A stretch of 64,000 bases of DNA from Octopus bimaculoides. Taxonomy: Eukaryota. The stretch covers positions 82,095,949-82,159,948 of the forward strand of contig NC_068984.1 in NCBI RefSeq assembly GCF_001194135.2, written 5' to 3'. Below the pieces are notes generated by a model that made no database searches, was not told where the DNA came from, and was given only the letters and a program-made list of their open reading frames with translations. The position numbers and the translations under genes were made by a program. Positions 51,092 through 62,388 of the stretch are shown in pieces; within the stretch, counting starts at the first letter, position 1, and each line of letters opens with the position of its first letter.

Positions 51092-51391
51092 GATCCATAG
51101 ATTAAAATCTGAGGAATGGGTATCTCGGGATATCGAAATTTTTAAAAATAAGTCTGTTATGTATACATGTATTTTCGTTTTAGCCTAATGAGGAATCACT
51201 TACTAATGTGTTAACCAATAAACGACTATGAATATATGGTTTGCAATATAAAGCCATGCATCGTTAATTAACAAAGAAAATACAATTTATTTTAGATAAA
51301 TGTATTAAACTTTTAAAATTCTTTGTGAAGTAGCATGGGTTTTATAACATGATGTTGCTGGGAGATATCTTTTCAGTGTATCACATGTCGA

Positions 51392-51778
51392 GTGGAGGCG
51401 CAATGGCCCAGTGGTTAGGGCAGCGGACTCACGGTCATAGGATCGCGGTTTCGATTCCTAGACCGGGCGTTATGAGTGTTTATTGAGCGAAAACACCTAA
51501 AGCTCCACGAGGCTCCGGCAGGGGATGGTGGCGAACCCTGCTGTACTCTTTCAACACAACTTTCTCTCACTCTTACCTCCTGTTTCTGTTGTACCTGTAT
51601 TTCAAAGGGCCAGCCTTGTCACTCTGTGTCACGCTGAATATCCCCCGAGAACTACATTAAGGGTACACGTGTCTGTGGAGTGCTCAGCCACTTGCACGTT
51701 ACTTTCACGAGCAGGCTGTTCCGTTGATTGTATCAACTGGAACCCTCGACGTCGTGAGCGACGGGGTACCAACAACAA
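51392..51778 (+). mobile_element. tRNA-derived SINE (family D)
   Basis: tRNA-like head GGAGGCGCAATGGCCCAGTGGTTAGGGCAGCGG...GGTTTCGATTCC followed by a 300-bp non-tRNA body and a (CAA)n tail. Confidence 0.75.
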
Positions 51779-52319
51779 TCACATGTCGTAGGTTCACCAT
51801 TATTGATGTAGTCGGATATATCGACTCCTCCAGAGCATTACTAGTACCTATTTTATCATCCCAGATGCTAATACATTAACCATGGGCCAAAGAAGGAGTC
51901 TCATGTCAGATGCAGGAAATCGCGTGTCCAAATTTGAAATTTCGGTAGCATTCAAATTTTGAATTACCCATTGTCACAATCTCTAAAATACCAAATGGAA
52001 AAACGCTTTTTGATTAAAACAATAATTTAATATGCTACATTGTTATGGATTTGTGAAATTAAAGAGCATTATTCTTTTCAGTTTTGATGCATCTTCACTT
52101 GCAATTCGCCCCTAGTATCATAAAGGAACCCCCATAAACTCGAGCTTTTGTCTCAATGAAGGTTTATTATATCATTCATTGTCATGATTATGTAGATTTT
52201 TTTCCTTTTGCTTCTATATAAAACATAGAATTCATATTTAGTTTATATTATCCAACAATTTATTAGGGGTTATGCCTAGGAAAGAAATTCTTATTATCTA
52301 AGAATGACATGAGCAATCT

Positions 52320-52796
52320 GATGTAAAAGTAATTTTTGCAGAGTCGAAACCACGAACCAAGGTTTACATGTAGAATTGACAACACTACCGATAGCGACAA
52401 ATGCAGAATGTGTGGTGAAAGGGATGAAATGGTATAGCACATCGTTAGCGAATGACCGAAATTGGCTCAACGCGAATACAAACGACGCCATGACAATGTG
52501 GCAAGAATGATCCATTGGGAACTCTGTGGAAATCACGGCCTACAAAGAGCAAAGACGTGGTATGAGAAAACTCCAGAAGGAGTCACCGAAAATGAGAACT
52601 ACAAAACCATGTGGGATGTAATGATCCAGTGCGATCAACTGACCAGACATAGGAAACCGGACATTGCTTGGAGTTGCAAGAATTCTTCGCAGGGTTTTTG
52701 AAACCTGACCAGTGAACAAGTGTCACCTTAGTCTGCTGGCTGTGGACAGCTGACACTTAACATCATGCCCAGCAGAATAAGGTGTGAGTTTTAATC

Positions 52797-52852
<56 letters not shown>
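52320..52852 (+). mobile_element. R4/Dong-like non-LTR retrotransposon 3' fragment 1, internally deleted, with a (TAA)n tail
   Basis: CRMCG zinc knuckle, EYKRRHDNVA, WDVMIQCD, RKPDI fused to LGVARILRRVFET-stop, then a 3' UTR and (TAA)n. Confidence 0.8.
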
Positions 52853-52884
52853 NNNNNNNNNNGAAGAAGAAGAAGAAGAAGAAG

Positions 52885-52923
<39 letters not shown>

Positions 52924-52935
52924 AACAACAATAAG

Positions 52936-53642
52936 TAATAAGAACGAATTACATCAAATACAGAATAGACAACACATCAGAAAGTGATAAAGTGTAGAAT
53001 TTGTGGACAAAACGGTGAAACCGTATGGCATATTACCTGTAAATGTATGCCACTAGCCCAGAAAGAATATAAGAGACGTCATGACAATACGGCAAGGATT
53101 GTCTATTGGACATTTTGCAACAGGTATGGATTTGACAGAGCAAAAAAGTGGTACGAACATAAACCCGAAGGCATCATCAAAAACGATAATGCAAAGATTC
53201 TATGGGATTTTATGATTCAGTGTGACCATAAGATATAAGGAATAGGAAACCAGACATAGTGTTAATTGAGAAAGAAAGCAAACGATGCTGGATCATAGAT
53301 ATAGCATGCATAGCTGACAACAAGGTATGCGATAAGGAAGAAAGAAAAGTCGATAGATATGACAGGATAGCGTCGGAGGTCAAGCAGTTGTGGTCGATGG
53401 AAAAGGTGGTAGTAGTACCAATAATTGTCGGAGCCCTGGGAACAGTGAGTAAAAATCTTGGAAGTACATGGAACAAATAGGGGCTGCAATAAGGGTGGAG
53501 CACTTGCAGAAAGCAGCACTGCTTGGGACCGCTCGAATACTCCTGGCACCGCAGTACATCTCCAGCGTTAGAAGCTGTACAAAGACAATAAATAATAATA
53601 ATAGTAGTAAAAATAATAATGATGCTGATGATGATGATGATG

Positions 53643-53703
<61 letters not shown>
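52936..53703 (+). mobile_element. R4/Dong-like 3' fragment 2 with a restriction-like endonuclease domain, flanked by (AAC/AAT)n
   Basis: CRICG..ETVWHITCKC, RRHDN, PDIV...IIDIAC...K..RY, VPIIVGALG, LQKAALLGTARIL. Confidence 0.85.
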
Positions 53704-53704
<1 letters not shown>

Positions 53705-54369
53705 TAATTCGTTTTATTGTCCACAAGGGCTAATATCAATTAAAAACATGTAAGGACAAAGACAAGACGAAGGTTACAAAAGGTTTTGTCCGAAAAGGTA
53801 GGAAAGTTCGTCTAAACAGAGGAAGAAAACGGAGAAAGCTATAATAAATAAATAGATAAATAAATAAATAGGGGGAGGCGCTTCGAAAAAGGAAAGGTTA
53901 ATGCCCTGATGCAGTACCAGGCACTGGCTCTCATGGCTTCTGATCATAACTGATTGGAAGTATTATCATGTTTTGTTTTGGTATAAAAGATGGGCTACAG
54001 CAAATACTCTGCTCAATATCACAGGTTTGCTTCTCATTTGCTTGTCTGTAACCAGTTGAACATGTCCCTTAGTGGTTGACGATATGTGTATCTCTGATCA
54101 TGAGCAAAAGTAGTGGGGGAGCATCATAGCCATATGTTAAGGGGAATTCTTTGGGATTAGAATAATTCACCTCTGGAAACATAGGTGTTTTGTTCACTAT
54201 CCTTAAACAAACCTTATTCAGGGACCATTTGAGCGGGAGAGGCTACTCGACCTGAAGAAAATTCTAACTGAGCCCCACTTGCAAGGTCATGCGCTGTTTA
54301 CCTTGATATGAAGTCACTATGTGATGCAGGTGTCTAGCGTTTCCTTATCAGACGAGTAGTCATGACGGG

Positions 54370-54948
54370 TATATTGGAAGTAGCGAAAGTGCTTCATTGA
54401 AAACTGTGCGATAAATGTATGCGAGAGAGAGAGGCAAGACGTGCTCTGAACAGAGTGGTGGAGTTGGAGACTTGCATAATCTTCTTGGACTTCCTAATCC
54501 AAACAGATCAGGTGCTAGAGCATAACTGATCTGATCTAGTGGTGGTCAACAAAATGCACCACATGTGCTATATAGCATGATGTTGCGTGCCCCTTTGCCC
54601 CACGAATAGTCAAGAAGGAAGACAAAAAAGTAGATAAATACAACCCGCTCAAGTACGAAATAGCCTGGCTATGGGAAATGAAGAAAGTGAAGATAGTGCC
54701 AATTATTGTTGGGTCCTTGGAAACAGTATCAGAAGGTTTCAAGAGGGATATAAAGGAAATCAGAATAAAGTGCCCAGTAGAATTGTTACAAGAGGTTTGT
54801 CTCCTTGGCACGGCCAGAATAATTAGGGAAGTATTAGATAGTTGAAAAGAACAGATAGCATGGTACCGTAGGTTGCAGGTAGCAAGCCCGCTACGCATGC
54901 AAAACTCCAGACATTCCAACAAAACCTGAGATAAAAAGAAACAATAAT
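54370..54948 (+). mobile_element. R4/Dong-like 3' fragment 3
   Basis: VAKVLH..LC, PDL, VPIIVGSLETV, LLQEVCLLGTARIIREVLDS-stop and a distinct 3' UTR ending AACAATAAT. Confidence 0.75.
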
Positions 54949-55585
54949 CCTTTCTCCTAAAGGCACAAGGCCTGAAATTTGGTGCGACAGGATTAGTCGA
55001 TTATATCGGTTCCAGTGTTTCACTGGTAGTTAATTCTTCGACCCTGAAAGGATGAAAGGCAAAATCGACCTCGGGCGAATTTGAACTCAGAAATAAAGAC
55101 GGACGAAATGCCGCTAAGCATTTCGCCTGGCGTGCCAACGATTCTGCCAACTCGTCGCTTAATAATAACGATAATAATATTAATTAATAATAATAATAAC
55201 CCTTTCTACGATAGGCACAGGGCCTGAAATTTGGGGGAGAGGACTAGTCGATTATGTTGACCCAGTGTTTCACTGGTACTTAATTTATCGACCCCGAAAG
55301 GATGAAATGCAGAGTCGACCTCGGCGGAATTTGAACTTAGAACGTAGCGGCAGACGAAATATCGCTAACCATTTCACCCGGCGTGCTAACGTTTCTGCCC
55401 GCTTGCCACTTAATAATAACGGTTTCAAATTTTGCCACAAGAGCAACCATTTTAAGGGAGGAGATGAGTTGATTACATCGCTCCTCAGTATTTGACTGGT
55501 ACTTAATTTATCAACCCCGAAAGGATGAAAAACAAAGTCAACCTCGGCAGAATTTGAACTCAGAACAGCGGCAGACGAAATATTG
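54949..55585 (-). mobile_element. Three head-to-tail family-C SINEs separated by (AAT)n (54949-55160, 55201-55410, 55421-55585)
   Basis: Each matches the family-C sequence; a further head fragment lies at 56403-56452 beside (AAT)n(GAT)n. Confidence 0.9.
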
Positions 55586-56469
55586 CTGTAGTTAGTCTTG
55601 CAGGCATAAGGTGGATTTGGTCCACCATAGCCAAATTTGAATTAACACTTCAACAGAAGTTTTCTCACGGTGGAACAATGGTTTTTTTTGTTTTTTTTTC
55701 TGACAGCAGTTTTACATTTTCCAGATGCCTTAGCTAGGCCGAAATAATGTCTTCACCACTTAACCCTTCTAACCTCTCCTAGACCACCAAAAGCTAGAAT
55801 TAAGATAACAAGCACCAACGAAATCTATTGTTCTCAACGATGTGACTATCCTTCTAGATAGTTATAAAAACAAGAACCCCGAGCAAAAATCAGTCACTTG
55901 GTGACAACTCAGTCAATTGGTGACAACTCATGAGTTGAGAGAGAGCTGACATCAGTTAGTGAACCAACCACAAGAATCATGACCACAAGCAGGCAGACAA
56001 ACGGCCAGAGGGAAAAAGAAAGAAGTTTAGAATCAGCGACTATACGAGATCCAACTTCCCACACCTCTCACTTTCACCAACTCACTTTCTCTTCTCTGCA
56101 CATTACCATATCTCTCTCTATGGTTTACCACTACAATAAGAACAGACAGGCTGAAATTAACGTTTTTATTTCGCACGCTCTAGGATTTTATCACCTGCCC
56201 GTCGAGACAAGGTATTGTATAATGTAACGGTAAAATAAATGTTTTCTTCACAACTTCAATCACTGTTTTTTCATCTTTACATAATGGTAATCAACGATGA
56301 ACCAGTCCTTACAAACTGATTACGATTCCGACATATATTATCGTTACACAAAAATTAATTTCAACCGTACAAACAAACTTCTAACAGCAGCCGTTACATC
56401 ACGAAGCATTTCTCCCGGCGTGCTAACGATTCTGCCAGCTCGCCGCCTTGCTTAATAATAATAATAATA

Positions 56470-56516
<47 letters not shown>

Positions 56517-56535
56517 NNNNNNNNNNTGATGATGA

Positions 56536-56569
<34 letters not shown>

Positions 56570-56689
56570 GGTGGTGATGATGATGATTTTTTTATTGACT
56601 GTTAGGATAAAAAACATTTAGGACAATATAATGGACAGTTGGAACTTACATAAATAAGTTTAAACAGTAAAAAAAAGATCAGTTTACGA

Positions 56690-57047
56690 GGTTCCGGGTT
56701 CAGTCCCACTGCGTGGCACCTTGGGCAAGTGTCTTCTACTATAGCCTCGGGCCGACCAAAGCCTTGTGAGTGGATTTGGTAGACGGAAACTGAAAGAAGC
56801 CCATCGCATATATGTATATATATGTATGTGTGTGTATATGTTTGTGTCTCTGTGTTTGTCCCTCCAACATCAATTGACAACCGATGCTGGTGTGTTTACA
56901 TCCCTGTAACTTAGCGGTTCGGCAAAGAGACCGATAGAATAAGTACTAGGCTTCCAAAGAATAAGTCCTGGGGTCGATTGCTCGACTAAATGCGGTGCTC
57001 CAGCATGGCCACAGTCAAATGACTGAAACAAGTAAAGAGAGAGTAAT
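56690..57047 (+). mobile_element. 5'-truncated SINE family A
   Basis: Starts just before the B box (GGTTCCGGGTTCAGTCCC); the body matches 6033-6443. Confidence 0.88.
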
Positions 57048-58437
57048 AATAGGAAACTCCACCCAGGAGCGACCAAGGAAATTCGAGGATTCCGAATCAC
57101 CCTGTTCACCAGGAGTACCATGGCAAGTACTCCTCTAGCTTTCGTACTTTTCAGCCTACAGGCGCATGCTTAGAATAGGTCCATTTACACGGGCCATTAT
57201 CGCGACATTCGCCCACCTTTTAACAAATTTACTGGCGGGTATAGTAATGAATCTTTTATATTACAAATTCAAAAGTTAGTAACATGTATTAAATTACTAT
57301 TTTGGTCTAACGGTTAAAAAAAAATTTTTTTTCTTATATGTCTTGTTAAAGACTGCAGCGGAGGGCTGTTTCAAATTTGAACTCGGGTAAAATTTTGCTC
57401 GCGGGCCAAGTTCTCATCTCTCAAATAGAGGTTCCCGTGTGTTGTGTTCTTATGCATCAATATTGTTTCTTATATTCTTTAAAAAAAAAATTGTTATCTT
57501 TATCAGTTTACCATCAGAAAAAAAAATTACATTGCAAAATGAGAACAGCTACAGATAGACTAGAGAAATGGACCCGACTCCCTTGAGAAGAAACAAGCAC
57601 AAACTGTCAAGCTGAAATTAATAGATACCTAGTAGAAAGTGTATATGTGTGTATGTGTGTGCATGTGTAACTATGCGTGTTTATGCGGGTTAACGTATAT
57701 GTGTTGTGTGATTGTGTGTATATGTGTGCTAGTGTAACTGCGTATGTATATGTATATATGTGTGTATGTATGTGTGTACGTGTGTGCTGTGTGGTTGTGT
57801 TTGTGCTTATGTGTGTGTGTGTGTGAGTGAGTGAGTGACAAAGCTGTTTTCCCCTCAGTCGTGTATGTATTAAACCCTGTTTGTATAAGGCACAAGAAAG
57901 CTCCTCCCATGACTGCTAAAACCACATTGAAAACGGATGGTAAAGAAAAAGAAAGGAAAGCAAGAATGACGGAAGAGAAATAAAGAGAGAGTAACTGGTA
58001 CTGGTAGTGTGATACAGAGAATGAGAGAGAGAGAGAGAGAAACAAGAGAGTAGGGACAAGATCGTTCGATAGTGAGTGAGTGAGTGAGAGAGAGAGAATG
58101 AAAGAGAAGGAAAGGGACAGATAAAGAATAAGAGTTTATGATAAAAAGACAATAAACAAATGAAATATGAGAAGTCAACTTGTATGATTCTTTGAATTAC
58201 ATTTGAATTTTTAGTATCAAACCTCCTCACTAGTTACTGCGAAATCAGCTGAAACGATCATATTTAGCAAAGAAAGCTGTTAGCAGTTAAGTGTAACTTT
58301 CGATATTTCGGCGAACTTCAACTATCTTCATTAAAAAAAAAAAAGATACTTCAGTCCTTTCTAAACGCGTGTGTGTGCGTGTATATGTATATATGTATAT
58401 ATGAGTGCACGTGTTTATTTACCTCTCCTAAACGGTA

Positions 58438-59655
58438 ATGTCAACAGCAGTTGACACAAACACCGATTCCAATCGAACAGTTGTTTTATCGTCGAGACCA
58501 AAATCCCTGGAAGAATGTATTTCGAAATTCGATCATGAACTTGAACTTGAATCCGACAGCGAAGCTATATACTGCAATGTTACGACAGATAGTCTCCTTT
58601 GCTGGCCAAGAACTCCTGCCGGCACTACAACAAGCCAACCTTGCCCTTCATTGGAAGGGTCGGATACAACCAAATTTGCTTATCGTAGCTGTGACTTAAA
58701 TGGGGAATGGAGTTCGAAGTGGGATGACGATTCGTCCGCTTGGACAAACTACACACAATGTTACAGTTCCGAAGCTGAACTAATTTTCCAGTTTGATTCA
58801 GAAAATATACGAAAAGCATCAGCTGAGGATTTAACGGATTCCAGTATCCTGGGAATATGTGGATTGTCCATGTCATTGCTAGCCATTTTCTTTACCCTTG
58901 CTTATGTGCGCTATAAAAAATATAGCGGACCGCGTATGGACGTCTATAGAAACTTATTCGCAACACTGGTTCTCGAAGCATCTGTGAAACTATCATTTCA
59001 GATTATTCTTTTAATGGTATGGCTTGAAGACGGCCTCGTTGTTACTGTGTTCGATATTCCACACCTTTGTGAAGTATTCGTTGTAATTTTGGAATTTGCG
59101 GAGATTACCACCTATATTTGGACAGCTCTTCATGGACACCTGAGTTACCTGGAAGTGAAACAATACGATCCTTTAAAAGTGCAAGTTCTCTACGCAGTTC
59201 TAGGATGGGGTGTGCCGATTATTACCTTGGCTGAGTGGTTAGCAGTGCAAACAGCGACCAACGACGCTCCCTGTTGGTATGGTTACCGTTTCCAACAAAG
59301 CGCCTGGATTTTGGAACTACCTCGTGTGTGGGCCTTAATATGTTCACTGGTATTTCTAGCTTACACAATCTGGTCTCTAAACGAGACTGGACACATGAGA
59401 GACATCAGCGAAGTACACATGATCAAGCGTAGTACACTAGCGTGTCTCGCCTATATTTTCTTCTTAACTATGTCCTTATGTACATCTTTAGTACTGGCTA
59501 ATCTAGCACACAACAGCATCAACAAGATGCATTTATTAGCTTTAATCTACACAATTACATTCCTCACCTCTTTCAGAGGACTGTTTTTCACAATCGGCTA
59601 CTGGCTATGGGAAAACCAAGGAAGGAACTGGTACCAGAAAGTCAGTTTGGTTTGA
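58438..59655 (+). CDS. Single-exon, divergent class B1 (secretin-family; CRF/DH44-receptor-like) GPCR, 405 aa
   Basis: Uninterrupted ORF. Hormone-receptor domain with six Cys and D/W/P/G/W (ECISK, YCNVTTDSLLCWPRTPAG, QPCP, RSCDLNGEW, WTNYTQC). Seven hydrophobic segments, TM4 GWGVP, TM3 Cys and ECL2 CW. Confidence 0.9.
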   Translation: MSTAVDTNTDSNRTVVLSSRPKSLEECISKFDHELELESDSEAIYCNVTTDSLLCWPRTPAGTTTSQPCPSLEGSDTTKFAYRSCDLNGEWSSKWDDDSSAWTNYTQCYSSEAELIFQFDSENIRKASAEDLTDSSILGICGLSMSLLAIFFTLAYVRYKKYSGPRMDVYRNLFATLVLEASVKLSFQIILLMVWLEDGLVVTVFDIPHLCEVFVVILEFAEITTYIWTALHGHLSYLEVKQYDPLKVQVLYAVLGWGVPIITLAEWLAVQTATNDAPCWYGYRFQQSAWILELPRVWALICSLVFLAYTIWSLNETGHMRDISEVHMIKRSTLACLAYIFFLTMSLCTSLVLANLAHNSINKMHLLALIYTITFLTSFRGLFFTIGYWLWENQGRNWYQKVSLV

Positions 59656-60202
59656 AGATTAATCCTTGTGTTTATTGTATGTTTGAATTATTTTTTTAAA
59701 TCCTGTTTATTGACACCAATATATATATACATACACATACCAAAATACATACATACATACATACATACATACACATACAGATAGATAGACAGACAGATAG
59801 ATAGATTACTGCAGTTATATTATGTATATTATTGTTAATTCTGTTCATTCACACATCCACGTCCGAGCACGCTTATACTGGGTTGTAGACCTGATCTATC
59901 GCCCAAGTGTAACACAAACACCTTGTGTGCCTTTAGCAGAATCCATTCTGTTGTATTTGAGCCAGGTTCACATTTGTGTATAACTCGATATCCCTGGTGC
60001 GGCCTTCCCTCTTCATTAACCCACGAGTCGTGGTTTTCTCCTCTAGTCAACCCCCACTCCATTAGTCTCGGAGACACTTAAAAGGGGTCACTGATATTGT
60101 CCCACTTTTCTTTGATGAAATCTTTAAAAAATATTTTGTTGTCTGGGGAAAGTCATTACACCAATTATGATAAAACACGCACAGATTCACTTCCAGTTTT
60201 TA

Positions 60203-60340
60203 TTATTAGTGAATTGGTTAAATATCAAACTAACTAATCGATCGTGTTTAACGTGTTGGTTAAACAATCAATCGGTTTGTTTGTCCCAACATGTTAAACA
60301 AACGATTGATTAGTTTAATATTTTACCAATTCACTAATAA
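60203..60340. repeat. 138-bp hairpin with about 55-bp arms, downstream of the GPCR
   Basis: TTATTAGTGAATTGGTTAAATAT...GTGTTGG / CCAACATG...ATATTTTACCAATTCACTAATAA. Confidence 0.85.
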
Positions 60341-61211
60341 ATAAAAAGTAGAGTTGAATATGTGCGTGTTTTGTTATTGGCAGAGTGATTCTCACGAGAC
60401 ACAGCAAAATTTGTTTCAACACATGATTTCACATCAAGATTCTTGCAAACCAAATCCATTAACAAAACTTAAAAAGAATAATTCTTACTCCATACACCAT
60501 ATATATTTGTTTATAAAATGTGTGTGTGTGCGCGCGCGCGAGCCTCGCAGACAGACACAGACACACACACGCACACACGCACACATCATTACATAGATTT
60601 AATACATATAATATTTAGGATATAAGTATCAGCTTCTATGGCAATGTTTGTGTATGTTGAATGTTGCGTGTCTACACGTATGAGTGTCCCCGCGACTTAT
60701 GCATAACTAATGTGTATTTTGTAAATTATACCATATATTTCTCTGTACATATAAGTGTATTTATGATATAAGACTATTGTGACTTTTGTAGGATTGCAAC
60801 TCGTTGTACCCTATAATCTTTTAATTTCTTTGAATTGTTATTATGTTCAATCCGGGTTTGAGAGATAGAAGAGAGAGAGAGAGTGATGTATGAATGGTAA
60901 ACACTACATATGTATGTAGAGGTACATGTGCAGGAGAGACAGAGATGTGACAGAGGAAGAATGAGAGATGATTGAACGAGAGAAGAATATATATTATAAC
61001 ATACAACAAATATATCTTTTCATGATAAATGTACTTTTTCTGTAATTCAATTTATTTGTAAATATTTTGTTTATTTTTGTCTTGTTATGTTGCTGCTTCT
61101 AAATATCACGGGCAATGCTACCTCGTCTAACGCAAGGAGGAGTATCGGCATACCTGCACAAGCGTGTCCCTACTGCCGAATTTGTTTCTGCATATTGTTT
61201 AGGAAAATGAA

Positions 61212-61492
61212 TATTTTTTGATGAAATTTTCTAAAATTACCTTTCAGATGGTGTAGATTACGATTATATAGGAATTTAATGCCAAAAAAAAAAAATAATA
61301 ATAAATGAATAAAAAATAGTGGGGGCGCAACTACTGATATATGTCATATTTTCTGCAAAATTTCAAGCTTCATTTTATAGAGGTATATATTGTACGTGCT
61401 TACCATTTTTCTTTTATTTCTACATTAAATTCCAAAAGAAACGTAGCCTACACCATCTGAAAGGTATTTGCTGAAAATTTAATCAAGAAATA
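61212..61492. repeat. 51-bp inverted repeat pair; probable DNA-transposon remnant
   Basis: ACCTTTCAGATGGTGTAG at 61239-61256 / CTACACCATCTGAAAGGT at 61448-61465, with weaker extension on both sides. Confidence 0.6.
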
Positions 61493-62339
61493 TCAATTTT
61501 TCTGAAAGTTATGAGGAAATCAAGTGGGTGGTGGTGGAGGACACAACTGTGTAGATATGACGTAGCATCTCCATAGTCGCACGATCTGCAAGAAAGAGTA
61601 GCCAAATTCCCCTCACGTCACATCATGGTATCGTCTTAAAAAATAATGATGTTTCGCTTTGGATAATGTATCTAAACTGTTTGTAAAAAAAAAAAAAAGA
61701 AATCAAAGCAAAAGAAAAAAGAAAAACAGGTTGTCAAAATTGTTAAATTAACCGAGTTGGTAGAGTTCCAGACTTGCAGTATTTAGTTATAGACTTCTGC
61801 ATTCACAATTCAAATCCTACTGAATTCGTCATCCGTCTTTTTTGCTATCGTGTGACTCGGGGCTAATCCTGATCGAGCAGACCTGTGATCAAATGCATTC
61901 TTGTTGCGTTTATTGCATTCTTTTTTCTTTTTGTTTTGTCTACGAAGAGCTACGTTGTTCAACGTTTCCTCCTGTTTTTAAAGCTGTAGTTCTGATCTGA
62001 GGGACATTTGGTTGCTATTTCTATTAAGTCGAACAAATAAGACTGTTAAAAAATCGATCGAGTTGGGGGTTTAATTTCATCGATCACTCTCTTATCCCAT
62101 GTCTTTTCTTTTTCCAATTTAAAAAGTACATAGCAAATAAGAACAAACACATTTGAATGTCACTCTGATCTCTTATCTGAAAAAAGAAAAAAAAACTTAC
62201 GGAGATGTACTTGCATAGCAAGTGACCTGATCTGAGATCGTGTGCTGGAACGAAAACAATTGCAGCGTGGAAGGTGTTTATAAGCCATTTAAAATAACAC
62301 ACAAAATCCGTTAGATTCACTTCAACATTTAAATTTAAT

Positions 62340-62388
62340 TTGTCAAAATATTTTCGTCGCTTTGAGACCGCGACCTGTTCACTGACAA
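62340..62388 (-). ncRNA. Minimal type-I hammerhead-ribozyme-like motif with a G3-C8 core variant
   Basis: UUGUCA GUGAACA G GUCGC GGUCUCAAA GCGAC GAAA AUAU U U UGACAA: 6-bp stem I, 5-bp stem II and a palindromic helix III. Confidence 0.55.

Noticed and set aside
51394-51468. tRNA gene (also the heads at 6033, 20165-20349 and 5850-5911)
   Set aside because: No complete acceptor stem or Pol III terminator; each continues into a repeated SINE body.
54325-54360. Third hammerhead (minus strand CTGATAAGGAAAC)
   Set aside because: The core has A at position 8, and no stem II or stem I can be formed.
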